From assembly GCF_964204645.1 (NCBI RefSeq), contig NC_134026.1, positions 29,546,150 to 29,610,149 on the forward strand: 64,000 nt of DNA, in the 5' to 3' direction. This document shows positions 24,986 to 37,600 of this stretch, piece after piece. How positions within the stretch are numbered: position 1 is the first letter of the stretch; every line of letters starts with the position of its first letter. Below the pieces are notes generated by a model. It was given only the letters and a program-made list of their open reading frames with translations, searched no databases and had not been told where the DNA came from. Made by a program: the position numbers and the translations under genes. Source of the DNA: Tubulanus polymorphus (lineage: Eukaryota; Animalia; Nemertea).

Positions 24986-27900
24986 TTAACTACTAGCGGT
25001 AGCAGCTGAAACTTCCATGGCTTCGACATCGCCGCTGTGACGATTCTGACGTACTTCTTCCACATGACGATCCTAAAATCATCCGAGAAATATTACTTGA
25101 ATTTAATTTACACGATACTAATACATGTACGTTACATGCTGAAACTTGCTCGAGAGGCCCATAGCATGGGGATGAGGGGGGATGAGGGGGTGGATGATTC
25201 AAATGAACCCCCGCAATAAGTTCAATTCCACTCGTTTTTGATCAAAAGGAATTATCAAGTTGAAACGTATCGAACTAACAACTATTACATGTATATCAAA
25301 AATGATTATTTATGTAGACCTTCCTCACCAAATCTGAGCATAAAATTTTCAAAGTTTTTCCAGGGGAGTTCCAGTTACACAAGAAATGTCTCATGCTACA
25401 GGCAGGCACATCACTTATTTTTGAGTATCAATTTGGATGTGTAAGTTGTTAGAGGATAATAATAGGAGTTTCGCTGTATTCATTTATATCGTCAAATAAT
25501 CATGATAAATGCTCACATGTTCCTTCAGTTTCTCGACTAAAGCGTTTATTTGGTCCTCTTTCTTTTTCAACACACGTTCCATGCTTGCAACTATTGTTTT
25601 CTCCAACTCCTTATTTTTGTTCGCGCTTGAAGTGCGAACGTCTTCAATATGTTTTTCCTAAAAAAAAAAAAAATAACCATTAGAGATTTTAGGAAATAAG
25701 AGGAATATTAAGAGAAAGCTCTAACAGGAATCATAGTTAAAATGCCATTCAGTACAGTATTTATTACGGTACGATGTACTTACATGTTCACGTAGACGCT
25801 GCTGTAAAGATGTCAGGATCGCGTCTCTTTTCGCCTGTTTCTCAGTAATTTTCGTGTCGATTCTATTCTTCAATTCGGCAGCCCATTTTTCGTTACTCTG
25901 ACGAACTTCGAATACTTTCTTTTCCTTTAAAAAGAATCAATCAAATAGACGATAAACTCGAACAGCGCAGTAGGAGTTACAAGTTGATAAGACATACATG
26001 TTCTCTAATTTTCTCCTGAATCTGTTTAAGCATCGCTTCTCTCCTCTCAGCCGCTGCCGTTATGTCCGATTGCACTTTTTGTTTAATCTCTTCCGCTTTC
26101 TTTTCGATTTTCATTTCTCCGGACAGACGAACTTCTTTACGTTTTCGTTCCTATTCATGTTCGAATAACGATGAATTATTGATAATTGCGGAAACAACTC
26201 ACCAAATAAGGGCCATTCATGAAGTATGCATCGATGCGAGAGGGAAAAAAGTCAACTTCCTTCATGATGCTTACAAATCGGCAAAATCTTGTGTATGACC
26301 CCCCCCCCCCCCCTAACAAGAAGTATTTACCACAAAATCCCCTGGTTTCCTGCTAACCCACCTTCCCCTGTGTAGAGGCATGGCATTTTTTAACTATCCC
26401 TAATATCTAGTCTTTTTTAAATCAGGCAATTGAAAGGGGGGGGGGTCATTTTTACCTCTTCTTTAAGAGACTCTAGTTTCTGCTGCTCCTTTTTCTGAAT
26501 GAAAAATAAAATAATACATCGATGTATTTTTACGTAGACGAACGAATGAAATTCAGCTCCCCTTTTTACTGAATATCTCACGTACAATTCTTCGTTCCGT
26601 CGCTTCTTTCTGTTTACGTTCAATTTCTTCCGCTGATAACACAATCGGTTCTTTAGGCGGTGATGGTGGACGAGGACTGTCTGTAGTCGCTGGTTTTAAG
26701 ATGACGTCGTAAGCGACACCTCCGGTCTTCTGTTTGGTCGTTTCTACCGAGATACAATCGTTAATCGTTCAGTTTCATTTAAAAACTCGTTCAACGAAAA
26801 CTTAAAAACATTGAACAGCGTTCTTAAAGATCAGGGAATCCAATTCTCCGATAAAATTATAAGATATCCCGGAGAATCTTCTCAAATGGTTCTTTGTGCC
26901 ATTCATGACTAGCATTCATTTCCCTGATTTTCTAGGAAAAGAGTCAGAATTTCCCAATCTGTAAGATCTCTGATTTTACTGTAAGTGAAAATGTGTTTAT
27001 CAGGACTTAGGAGAAAATGTGAGCCCAAGTTTTGTGTACAATCAAACCGAGAAAATATAGGCCTAATTTAATGGGATGAGAGAAAAGGATTTTAAGTCGG
27101 TAAAAAGAAACTCAATCGATCGGATGCAAAATTGTTTTCCTCTAAAAAAGATCGATTTTCAAAAGATCTTTATTTCTTCAAAAAGTCAGTGTCAGGGCGG
27201 ATCCAGGAGCAACATATAAGGATATCACAAATGGAAAAGGGCATCCTGGCAGCAGCCTTTTCATCAGAAATTCCTACTAACAGTTTCCTGACATGATCGC
27301 ATCCTTTTTGAAAATACGCCTTTTCATAAAGTTGCAGTCAATATTTTGATGATCTCATATCGACCCTCGATCCGCCCCAGTTGTTTCCTATTGACTATTT
27401 CATAACTCATCGAAAAACATTTTCTACTTTTGTTCTGAAAGCAAATAAATAAGTGTCGAGTATAGAAGAGAAATTTCTACGGCTATCTACGAAAGAGTGA
27501 GTAAAAAAGAAGACTGAGAAATTTTCGGAGGAAAAAAATATAATCATGTGTTGACGACACGACATCGACGAAATAGAAAATAAACGACAACGAAAGCTGA
27601 AAAATAATCGTCACATTAACGGATTTAAAACAAATGACGACGTGCAGCGATATTCCACGCGTTGATGATCAATACCTCTCCATACAATAACAGCATCGTA
27701 AAGATGAGCCTCGGCTGGATGAAGTTTAGAACCACTTATACTCGATTTACCGCAACAAATCCGGAAACTCATAAACCATTCGCACACTGAAATACGACAT
27801 TTTCATTCAACAGTTTTTCGCATTAGTTTTTCGACAGTGATTCTAATCGCGTTGAACGGAAATCACCTAAATTGATCAGTTCAATGATTAATTCGCTTTT

Positions 27901-29331
27901 TAAAACTTTAGGAAAGTTTATTCCATAAGTCGATTGCTAAGAGAGAGTTACTTCAGTAAGTACCATTGTAAAAACAGTTACCACCGAGTATTACGAGGCA
28001 AAGTAAATCACTGATAACCTTTCATCATTGACAGCCACCATGCATTTTCCCTGCCCTTTAATTGTATCAGAATTTTTGAATTTTGCAAGAACAACTGCCA
28101 ACAGGTATCGAGTAGATATTTAAGTAAAAGAAAATGAGTGAAATGATTCTAGTTTCTACTTAACGTTACTTACATTGAAATGAGTATGACTTCTTTTGTA
28201 CCAAATTAAAACTGTAGCCAACTGTTTGTAAGCATGCAGCGCAACAGGAGAAAAAAATATCCATTTTTATAGAAAATAATTGAAAGTGGCAACAATCGGC
28301 AATCGGGGAAAATGCATGATTATCATCATCAAAAATACATCAACTATTCATAAACCATCTTAATCATCAAATTATTGACCTCATTATTGTTGCAAACCAG
28401 ACATTTTCTTCAGAAAACGGAAACAAAAAATATTGAAGAGATCTGACCAAATTTACTCGCAGTATTCGTACACATGCGCATTAGATCTAATGCAGTTACT
28501 GAAATTATGACATTAAGAAGTAAAATGTAATAAATAAACAGCACCACCGACTACAGATTCAACAATCATATAAAATCCAATAATATACAAGAAAAAAATC
28601 TGAAATGTTTCCATGAGCCAATATCTTATTCAACGTTTCCACTTTATTCTTATAGTCATCCTCAGGAAAACTAAACTTCAAATTGCAAGATATATGCAAT
28701 CCAGAATAAAGACACTAATTAAGAAGAATAATTTAGTTGTAAAAATCTTATTTCTGTATAGGGCCGGGCCTAGTCAAACATTAAATAAGATTCGCTCGAG
28801 GAAATGTTTTCCATGGTATTATGTGATTTTATATTATCATTATAACACGGACCGTATTTCAACTCGCTTCATACAGCTCAATCAATATATAACGAACTTG
28901 ATATAGAAAAAATGTATCTATAGACAAAAACCATTAACAAATCAACATTGATTTATCCTACAGACATAGGCTATACAGAGTAGAACATGAACATCTGCTG
29001 TTTTATTCAAACCTTCTTAAAAATTAACATTTATACGTATTATGCAATGTATTGTTATATACTAGTAGTAGATCGCGCTGATGAATGTATTAGTCATGAA
29101 CTATAATATATTTTTCCCCTACAAAACCATGGACTAGTTAAAACTTGTAAATACGTCCATGACGAAACAGTAGAGAAATGTTCAATGTTTCATCTTCTCT
29201 TTTAGTAATTACAGTGACTTTAACAAAAACTGTTTTTCTGATAACCTATGTTCTATGCCACAACAGAAAAAACCCTTTTTCCTCTGTTTTACTTCATTCG
29301 GAATATAATAGCGATTCTTACCTGAAGCCAT
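24986..29331 (-). CDS. Stathmin-family tubulin-binding protein with an extended repeat helix
   Basis: Exons 29331-29322 (MAS), 26743-26586 (KTGGVAYDVILKP...PPSPPK...SAEEIERKQKEATERR), 26494-26456, 26150-25998, 25924-25784, 25657-25517 and 25072-24986, all phase-compatible. REH/KEH-x-xx-VR stathmin motifs. The first exon is less certain. Confidence 0.85.
27194..27380. mobile_element. Harbinger-like MITE (GGGCGGATC ends)
   Basis: CAGGGCGGATCC ... GATCCGCCCCAG inverted termini. A similar relic lies at ~21446-21701. Confidence 0.5.
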
Positions 29332-29483
29332 TCCGCGTCCGTTCCTTTAAACACTCAAGCTCAACAAAAACCTACAAAGTACAAAGACCTCCGAAGATTA
29401 GCACAGTTTTTCTTCTAGGCCCCGAAACAAAGAAAGAAAATGTGTTTGTACGATGAAATGCAGTTCAACTCGTAGATACAGTA

Positions 29484-29634
29484 CAGTAGACCCCTCCTAA
29501 TTCAAATCAGTTGGAACCAGTTGATTTTTGTTTTGAGTTGGACAATGGAATATAAATCACATTCTGTTGCGATGACCCTAAGATTTTTGTTCGAGTTTAA
29601 CCTGAAAAACATTCGAGTTAAGAAGAGTCTACTG
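29484..29634. mobile_element. Tc1/pogo-like MITE (representative of a family with several relics in the window)
   Basis: TA|CAGTAGACCCCTCCTAATTCAAA ... TTCGAGTTAAGAAGAGTCTACTG|TA. Similar CAGT...ACTG relics near 18127, 22170, 35855, 51239 and 54358. Confidence 0.7.
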
Positions 29635-31622
29635 TATTATGCTAATCGCCTCTACCCTGTGTTCTCCACACCTATGCAAGAAAGATTCAGATTCTATAAA
29701 TCCTGTTTTTACACAATACAAGTTCCTCCGATACTCCTCTATACACAGGCAGCTGTGCTGACTATATGCACCACTGTGTTATAGTCTACGCCAGGTTCTG
29801 GGGCTCTCGAACATGTTTTACAATTGTAGGTCAAGTGATACCTGATGGAAAAATTCCAGACCATGTTTATTGAATTAATGCCTGGTTCAATGGATAGGGT
29901 TTACGTTATCACACAACAAACCACTGAGTTTATTCATGTAGGCCACAATCGCATGACAGAAGACAAATTTAATTTTCAGATCTGAAAAAATCAACTTCAA
30001 ATAAAGGCATTTTGCCAGTCCTCGGCCTCTCCTCATAGCCCTACATCACGTCGTTATATGCCTTTTAAAGATTACTCAGCGTCGAGATCGAGATCACAGA
30101 TTCCATAAAAACTCATGTGTGTACATGAATCCCAAATATAGTGGAACCTTGTTTATATTGCAATTGGATTAGAAACAAACAATGTATCATCAATCAGAAA
30201 TTAGATACACAGGCAGGGAATGAAAGGCTACCAACTAATTGCTATAGAGAGTAAGATTTTTTTGATAAAAACTATTATATGCACATATATCACCATTTCA
30301 TAGAGACTAACAACAAGCTACAACAGTCATTGACGGTGTACTATTAAACCATCACCAGTTTAGGCAGTTACACTGAAAATGCTGCGGTCCTTCTCAAAGT
30401 CTCAAGTCCTTGGTCGCCACCACATGGTCGAACCTCCCGCTCTCAACTTACTGTCAAATATTCATCACGATGGAACGATAAACTTCTTTATAATCGGAAA
30501 AATTTGGAAAATTGCTGCACATTGATTTAATATTGAAGTGGGAAGGTAATTTACTGTGTTTAATTAGCTCACTTTACTTTATCTGTTTATATACTGGGAT
30601 ACTGGTGTAATCCATCTACTAGGTCTATCAAATTGTGACAAGCTGGTCACCCACTAAAAATACCCAAAATTTCCGCCCTTCAATTACTTATAACTTTTGA
30701 ACCGCTTGGCCGATTTTGATTCTGTATGTTTATATTACCCCCTTCTTTCATTTAAGCTATTAAAAATACACATAGGACACATATAAATTTTCAACCTGAA
30801 ATCCCTACCACTAGCTAGCTGGCGTAATAAATCACATTTGGAATTTGGAAGTGCGCTCAATTTTTTCACTTGACTTGTCTTTTGTATGTATCATACATTT
30901 TCGATTCTATCCATATGTGAACCTATTTTAATTCATTAAAAAGTATTCTATATGAGCTATGAGTTAAAACTCATTCAAATCAGATAAAACAAGCTTCACA
31001 GACCTTTTTAAATGAAAACCACTTTTACACAGCGACCCGACCACTGACTGCCTGGACCAGTTAACTTCAGCGCCACCAGGTCACGTGCTACGAGCAGTTT
31101 AAATGGTTGCCGGCAAAATTCGCTCAAGTGTGAAATAACGGTGACTTACGACCGGGTTCGAATCCCGATTAATTAAACCCTACACTGGCACGCGAGTATT
31201 TAGAAACGGTTGTTCCGCTGTCGCTGTAATCATTTCATTTCCGGGTTATGGCGCTTCCGGGTTCCAAATTCAAACATATTTTCTGCGATCTACACGTCGT
31301 ACTTCGACTCGAGTAGAGTCAGGTGTGGTCAGTATGATATTGAAAATCTAAACCTAATCTAATGAGCTTCATTTTAAAGCGCAATCGGTATAAATGGGCA
31401 TTTCTCTTTCCTCTAGAACTAGAACAGAAGACAGAGGAGTGAGTCTGACTCCTCACTGCTGGAGTGCTGTGACAGACAGTAATAGTGAGTAGCCGGCGTT
31501 GTTGTTCGCGGAGGTTTAAACCCAATAATTCGGCTAAAAGTTTAGTTGGAATTAGACTCAATTCAGTCACACCGCTCTTAGTCAGGGCTTTCTATCTACA
31601 AACAACAGGAACATAAGACGAG

Positions 31623-34600
31623 ATGCCAAACGTAAACGTTCTTGGTGTGAATATAGAATTTCCATTTGATCCCTATCCATGTCAGGTGGACTATATGACG
31701 AAAGTTATACAGTGTTTACAGAAGGTGAGAATGAATTAAAAAATGTTGCTCTTTCCATCCTCGAGTTCGGGTAATATATTCATTTTGCATTGATATTTCA
31801 GGGTGACAATGGCATTCTTGAAAGTCCGACGGGAACTGGTAAAACGCTGTGTCTATTGTGCGCGTCTTTAGCTTGGCTGTCGAGTAAAAAAGCCGAAATT
31901 GTTGCCAGAAAAGGTATTTCATGGACGGATTATGATGATCCTGAACAGATAACTGGTGGCGCTGCTTTGTTGAAAGGACTTTCTGAAGCAACTGGAGGCT
32001 GGGATGGAAAAGGTAATTCATTCATTCAGCTAATAATCAAAATTTAGATTTGTTTGAAACATTTTATTTTTCCTAAATTCATTCATTGTAATATATATAT
32101 ATATAATCTCTGAAGAAGTATTTTATCCAAAAGGCATCAGTTAAACAGATTTTTCACAGTTCATCGTCAATAGTGCAGGTTTTTTATTCACTGCCTATTA
32201 AAAATTGCAATCATTTACTCATAGGATTTCTGTTAATCTTAAAAGATCTTATGATTTTTAGCACAACCGAAAATAATCTATGCCTCACGTACCCATACGC
32301 AACTGAGTCAAGCGATGCAGGAATTAAAGCGTACTGCTTATAACACGTAAATATCAATGTTCTCGACAACAGTCTCAGTGAAATTTCGTTCTGATTCCGT
32401 GTTTTGTAGTAAAGGATTTCGATTTCAGGTTTAAAGCTTGCGTTATCGGATCAAGAGAACAATTATGCATTAATCCTACGGTTCGCCAGGAGCAAAGTAA
32501 CACCGCTAAGGTAATAATCAATATCATTGACAGAGGGGGACATAGGGGGGTCTAATGAGACTTTCGTAACACCTTCAAATATTGAGTGCCCCTTTCATCT
32601 ACAGGTATTTTACAGTTAACCCCTGAAATATGGATGTTCCATCTCAAAAAAAAAACCTGATGTTAGGCGGGTTTGGTAGTATTTCAGGGTTTGTTATCAA
32701 TGAAAACCTGAAAAGGCCAGTTTCTGCAAAACAAAGGCATTTTGTCAAAAATTTGGGAAAAATGATATTTTTTCAGTCAAAATGGCACTGTCATTTGCTC
32801 TAAAAATTTGGTAGACCATCCAGATCTTGCCCCGGATGATTGACCCATCTGTAAGAATTTCTAAATCTCTCGTTTATGGAAGCTTGTAATATATGTATAG
32901 ATTGTGGCAGCATTTGATGTACATATAAGGCTTGCTTTTGGCGGAGTTCCATTAGATGCAGCGCTGCCTGCAGCTGCGGTAGGATGATGATAATGTGATG
33001 TGAATCATGAATCTGTTGAATGCTGAAACAGAATGAGTCATCGAGGAGACCTTGGATCGAGCAGTAATCTGTCCCTGCGAGCAGCGACGATCAGCTCTCC
33101 CAAATCACTCAATATTCAACCTGTTAACTGTGTTTATATGACAGCCCTGGGAATTCATTTAAATATGTATTTAAGGGCCATCAATCCTATTATAATCGCT
33201 ATCGTAGTTCAGTTGTCCAGGGAATGGTTGCTGATGACTGTTGAGGGTTAAATCCATTAAAAGATTACACACTTTAACCATTCAATATGTTAATCAAAAA
33301 AGTCTTGATATATTTTCATATTCAAAAATGTGTGGTGCATTTGTACATTTAAAGTAGCAAGATTTTCTTCATTTTGTCATAAAAGCAGATCTTGTATTTA
33401 CTCACACCCAACAGGTCAAGCGTGATTCACAAGGTTGAACATTGCATGGACTGTTGTAGAATACATTATCACTCAATCTTCAAATTAATTACTCAGAAAG
33501 TGTGGTCCAACAATGATCCCCTCTCTGAGTCATAGATTATAGATTGAAATGCATGAATATCAATAGTAGTCAGTCTTAAGTACTTGATAGTAAAACTATG
33601 ATTTTCTGAAACTGATCACTGAATGAAAATGAAATTTGAAGTCAATTCGGGTCCGAGTCATTTTGACCTTAAATTCAACTCTTTCGAGCCAATAATCGAG
33701 AAGTGTTACTCGGAGTTCAGAGCTCAGTATATCGGGTCGTGTCACGCAGACTTGACTCAGACATTCCGCTGAAACCTGTTGCCACGGTGATACATCATTA
33801 ACCCAATGTTTGATGATTTATATCTGAAGAAAAGGCGAAATCAATTCTTATCATAATCTTTAAATCAAACATTGTTGTTTTAATACTTTTGAATTTGTAG
33901 TGATTTATATAATTCTATAAAAACTATATTCACTAAATTCTGCGACAATCAAACATTATATTGAAATACCCTGAAAAGGTTTTTTCATTGAGAATTTCAA
34001 AATATTGCATTGAATAGGCTGTCATTTGGTTTAAGAATTATTTTTGGAGATGTGTTATATCAGAGAGTGAATAGCATGAGGATTTGATAGTGATGTATGG
34101 AGTGCACTTAACAGGGGAACCATCAGTTTCTTATTACATCGGTCACTAGAGACCACTACATGCAGTGACTCTACGTCTGACTCATATGTATCTGATAGAG
34201 ATTTGACTGTTCTGAAAGTGAGAAATACCACGTGATATTCTCTCAGGAGCTGCTTGTAGTTATCACTCTCTCAAAAATGTGTTCGCCCGTTTTTACATGA
34301 CGCGCAAGATCCCTGTTTCATCGTAACCATGGTGACCGGAATAAGAATGATCACCGGAGCAACAGTTTGTGTTCATTGGATGATGACGGGCGGATGATTG
34401 TGTGTCTGGAGCAATCCCTCACTGACTAACTGACTACTAATACTGATTAACCGTTGTTTTAATCCAATAGCTCATTCATTCATTCACTGATAAATGTCAT
34501 CATTAAAAGCTATCGCATCACTGTATTTTACTAGCAGGACTTGTGACTTGTATAGACTGGACCATTCATTTTACTTTGCACGTCGTCCTATAAATGTGAT

Positions 34601-37600
34601 GAGGGCAGGATATGAATTGTTTTCCAGTTTTATCAATTTGACAAGATATTTTTATATGATATTTATCACAGTATCAACATTCTGGCCTCCATTGTGCAGC
34701 AATCACAACGACTCAACCAAAAATGTTTTTAATCATTCTAGCCCTTTTATCTTAAAATAAGGAATTACCCTTATAAAACACAAACACACCACTCAGGCTG
34801 GGTACGAAACAGGGTTTTTTTTCGATTAGAACCAAAATTCATGTTACACATATATATCAAATTTGATTTGATTTTTACTGTCATGAAAATATTCTACTGA
34901 ATTCGAATTGAATAAAAATGTGTTCCTCATCTGGATACACCCTTGTTTGTTTGTTAAGCGCAGTCTAATTCATGGTTACTTCATAACAATAAACCGTCAT
35001 TTTATTGTCAGAGACATGGTCATAAAATTCGGTAATTGTTCCGACTGATGCTAATTGTTGTTAACCGATGCAGACTAACTACACCCCACCCCCAGACAGA
35101 CTGATACAATCGACTTCTTTGCGCCATTATCGACGATATCTAATCCCCATCCGTTCCTTTCAAATGCACTACTATAATTTTTGCTTAAGCCAAAACTACC
35201 GTTAAGATGAGTAGATTTTAGAATCTGATTTACCGGTAAACAAAAGAAAGCAAAGAATTTGATTTCAATACATTATCTAAGCCGCCCATCCCATCAACCC
35301 ATCTGTTACCTGAAATCAAAATACAGCTTTGTTTTTTTTCGTGCAATAAAAAAACGATTGAAAATTAGCAACACAAAACTGTATGATTTATATACAAATC
35401 TATTTACCTGTCAATGTCTTATATTCATTCCGTGTTAAAATCCTACAAGCACAGAGTGAACACGCCTCTCTCCTCTCTCTCTGAATGTCTAGACAGTAAA
35501 AGAGTGTGTGCACTGGCTGTATCAGAACTCTACTGGCTCTCTCACACTCGCTCTCTGACTAATCCATTATTCCTTCATACATAATTAGTTATTCGATTCC
35601 CGATCATATCTGCCTCTTTCGCCTGAATTTCTGGTCAAATTTCTTTCAAAATTCATCCCTTATTTTTATGCATATTCATATATAGATATTGAATGCGATA
35701 TATTTGTCATTATTCACGGATAAAAGATGTTTATGTATTTTTTTAAGGTGCACATGTGTAGAGCGAAGGTAGCAGCTCGAACGTGTTTCTTCTATAACAC
35801 AGTCGAAAGTAAGCATTCGTTTATTTTCTTTGGAAATTTGACGGAATCATAGTACAGTAGAACCCGCTTAATTCTGATCATTTGGGACAAACAAAATTCG
35901 TCAGGTTTAGGGGAAAACCGGATTAAAATTCATTTTGTTGTAGGCCTATATCGATGAACAAATGGACTGCAAATAATTTCCGGATAAGACCAAAATCGGG
36001 ATGAAGTCGGTCCGAATTAAGTGGGTTTGTTTGTATGAAGATAAATGGTTATACGTTATTTTTAAATGAATTCAATATAATGTATAATGCTTCTATAGAA
36101 TGGGTGACTATGATCATTCATTCGCAGATATTCATTCGTAAAAAAAATGTGTACTCAATAACTGCTGACTCAACCATTGATTGATGAGAAATCAATGATT
36201 TTATGATGTCATTCGCTATTGAATTTGAGCACGAACTTTAATGAAGAATATGTTCACCCAGACCATCGGTATACTGTGAATGAGGTGCATCAATTTGTCT
36301 ATTTTGCCATCGACAAATTTGCCAATAAATGATGCTTATAAACTGCTGTTTAAGATATACAGTCTGCTTCAGATGCAGTCAATGTCTGTAATATTTTATG
36401 TCTCAATAATAACATATGTTTATAGCCGTCATCTCTCGTGGGACAAATCTTCCTTTTCAGAAGCTAAAGATAATTTCACCGATAAAGTAATGGATATTGA
36501 GGATTTGGTGAAGGCCGGTGAAAGACACAAGTATGAAAAGAATTTCAATTCACTGATGATGTTTTTTCCGCAGAAATTTTCCGCTTCTTTTATACAATGA
36601 AATCTGATTTACGAATTGCAGGACCTGTCCGTATTACATGACTCGCGAATTGAAAGCCGATGCTGAAATACTGTTCATGCCGTACAATTATCTACTCGAT
36701 CCTAAAGCTAGAAGAGCTCATAATATAGAACTACAAGATAACATCATCATATTTGACGAGGCTCATAATTTGGTGAGTTTTAACTGAAGATGCGTACCGA
36801 GATACCGCTGTATTCTTAGTGATGTCATTAATGAAAGATAGTCAATGATATATCGTTACATTGTATTGGGTGATAATTCATATAAATGTCCTAAGTCTTG
36901 ACACTTTATGGATTGCGTTTAAATGATCTTTCTTACTGTGCTGTCTGATTATAGGAAAAGATTTGCGAGGACAGCGTATCATTCGATATGAAGTCATACG
37001 ATCTCGCTAGCGCTATAGAAGAGATTGGAGAACTTTGTAATAAGCTTTATGATGAAAAAGAATCGGGAACAACTGTAGAATACAGTTCAGATGATGCAGT
37101 CAGTAAGTGTCAGTGCCAGTCATTTATCCAGATGTCTCCACTACCTAGTCACCTTTTATATTGACAGCTTGATCTTTTAATTCAGTGCCTGATCTAGAAC
37201 TTGAGGAATGTCTCCGTTTAAAAAGTAAGTTGAAAATGAATATTTGTGGTTAGTATCAAATGAAATGAAACACGTATAACTGCTGTCGTCATGTATTTCA
37301 GGTATTTTCATGGATCTGGAGAAGGTCTTGGATGCGGTTAATGTTCCTGCTAGAACTGGTTTAACTAAACCTGGAAAGTAGGTTTGATAACAATTATATT
37401 CGGATCTTATTTACAAAAATGCATGTAATTCATCAAATACCTTTCTATATTTGCAGTTATATTTTTGAATTATTTGCTCAAGTTGGAATCACGTACTCAA
37501 CGAAAAACTCAACTATTGAACTTCTTGATAAAATATTAACTTACATGACTAGTGAAAGTATGTCTAATCAAATCTTCAATGTTTGTATGTTGATCTTCAT

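Noticed and set aside
31090-31175. tRNA gene suggested by GGTTCGAATCCC
   Set aside because: Only a B-box-like motif is present. I could not build an acceptor stem or cloverleaf.
33040-33110. miR-281-like sequence on the minus strand (GAGAGCTGATCGTCG)
   Set aside because: The resemblance is partial, and there is no matching 3p arm or good precursor hairpin.
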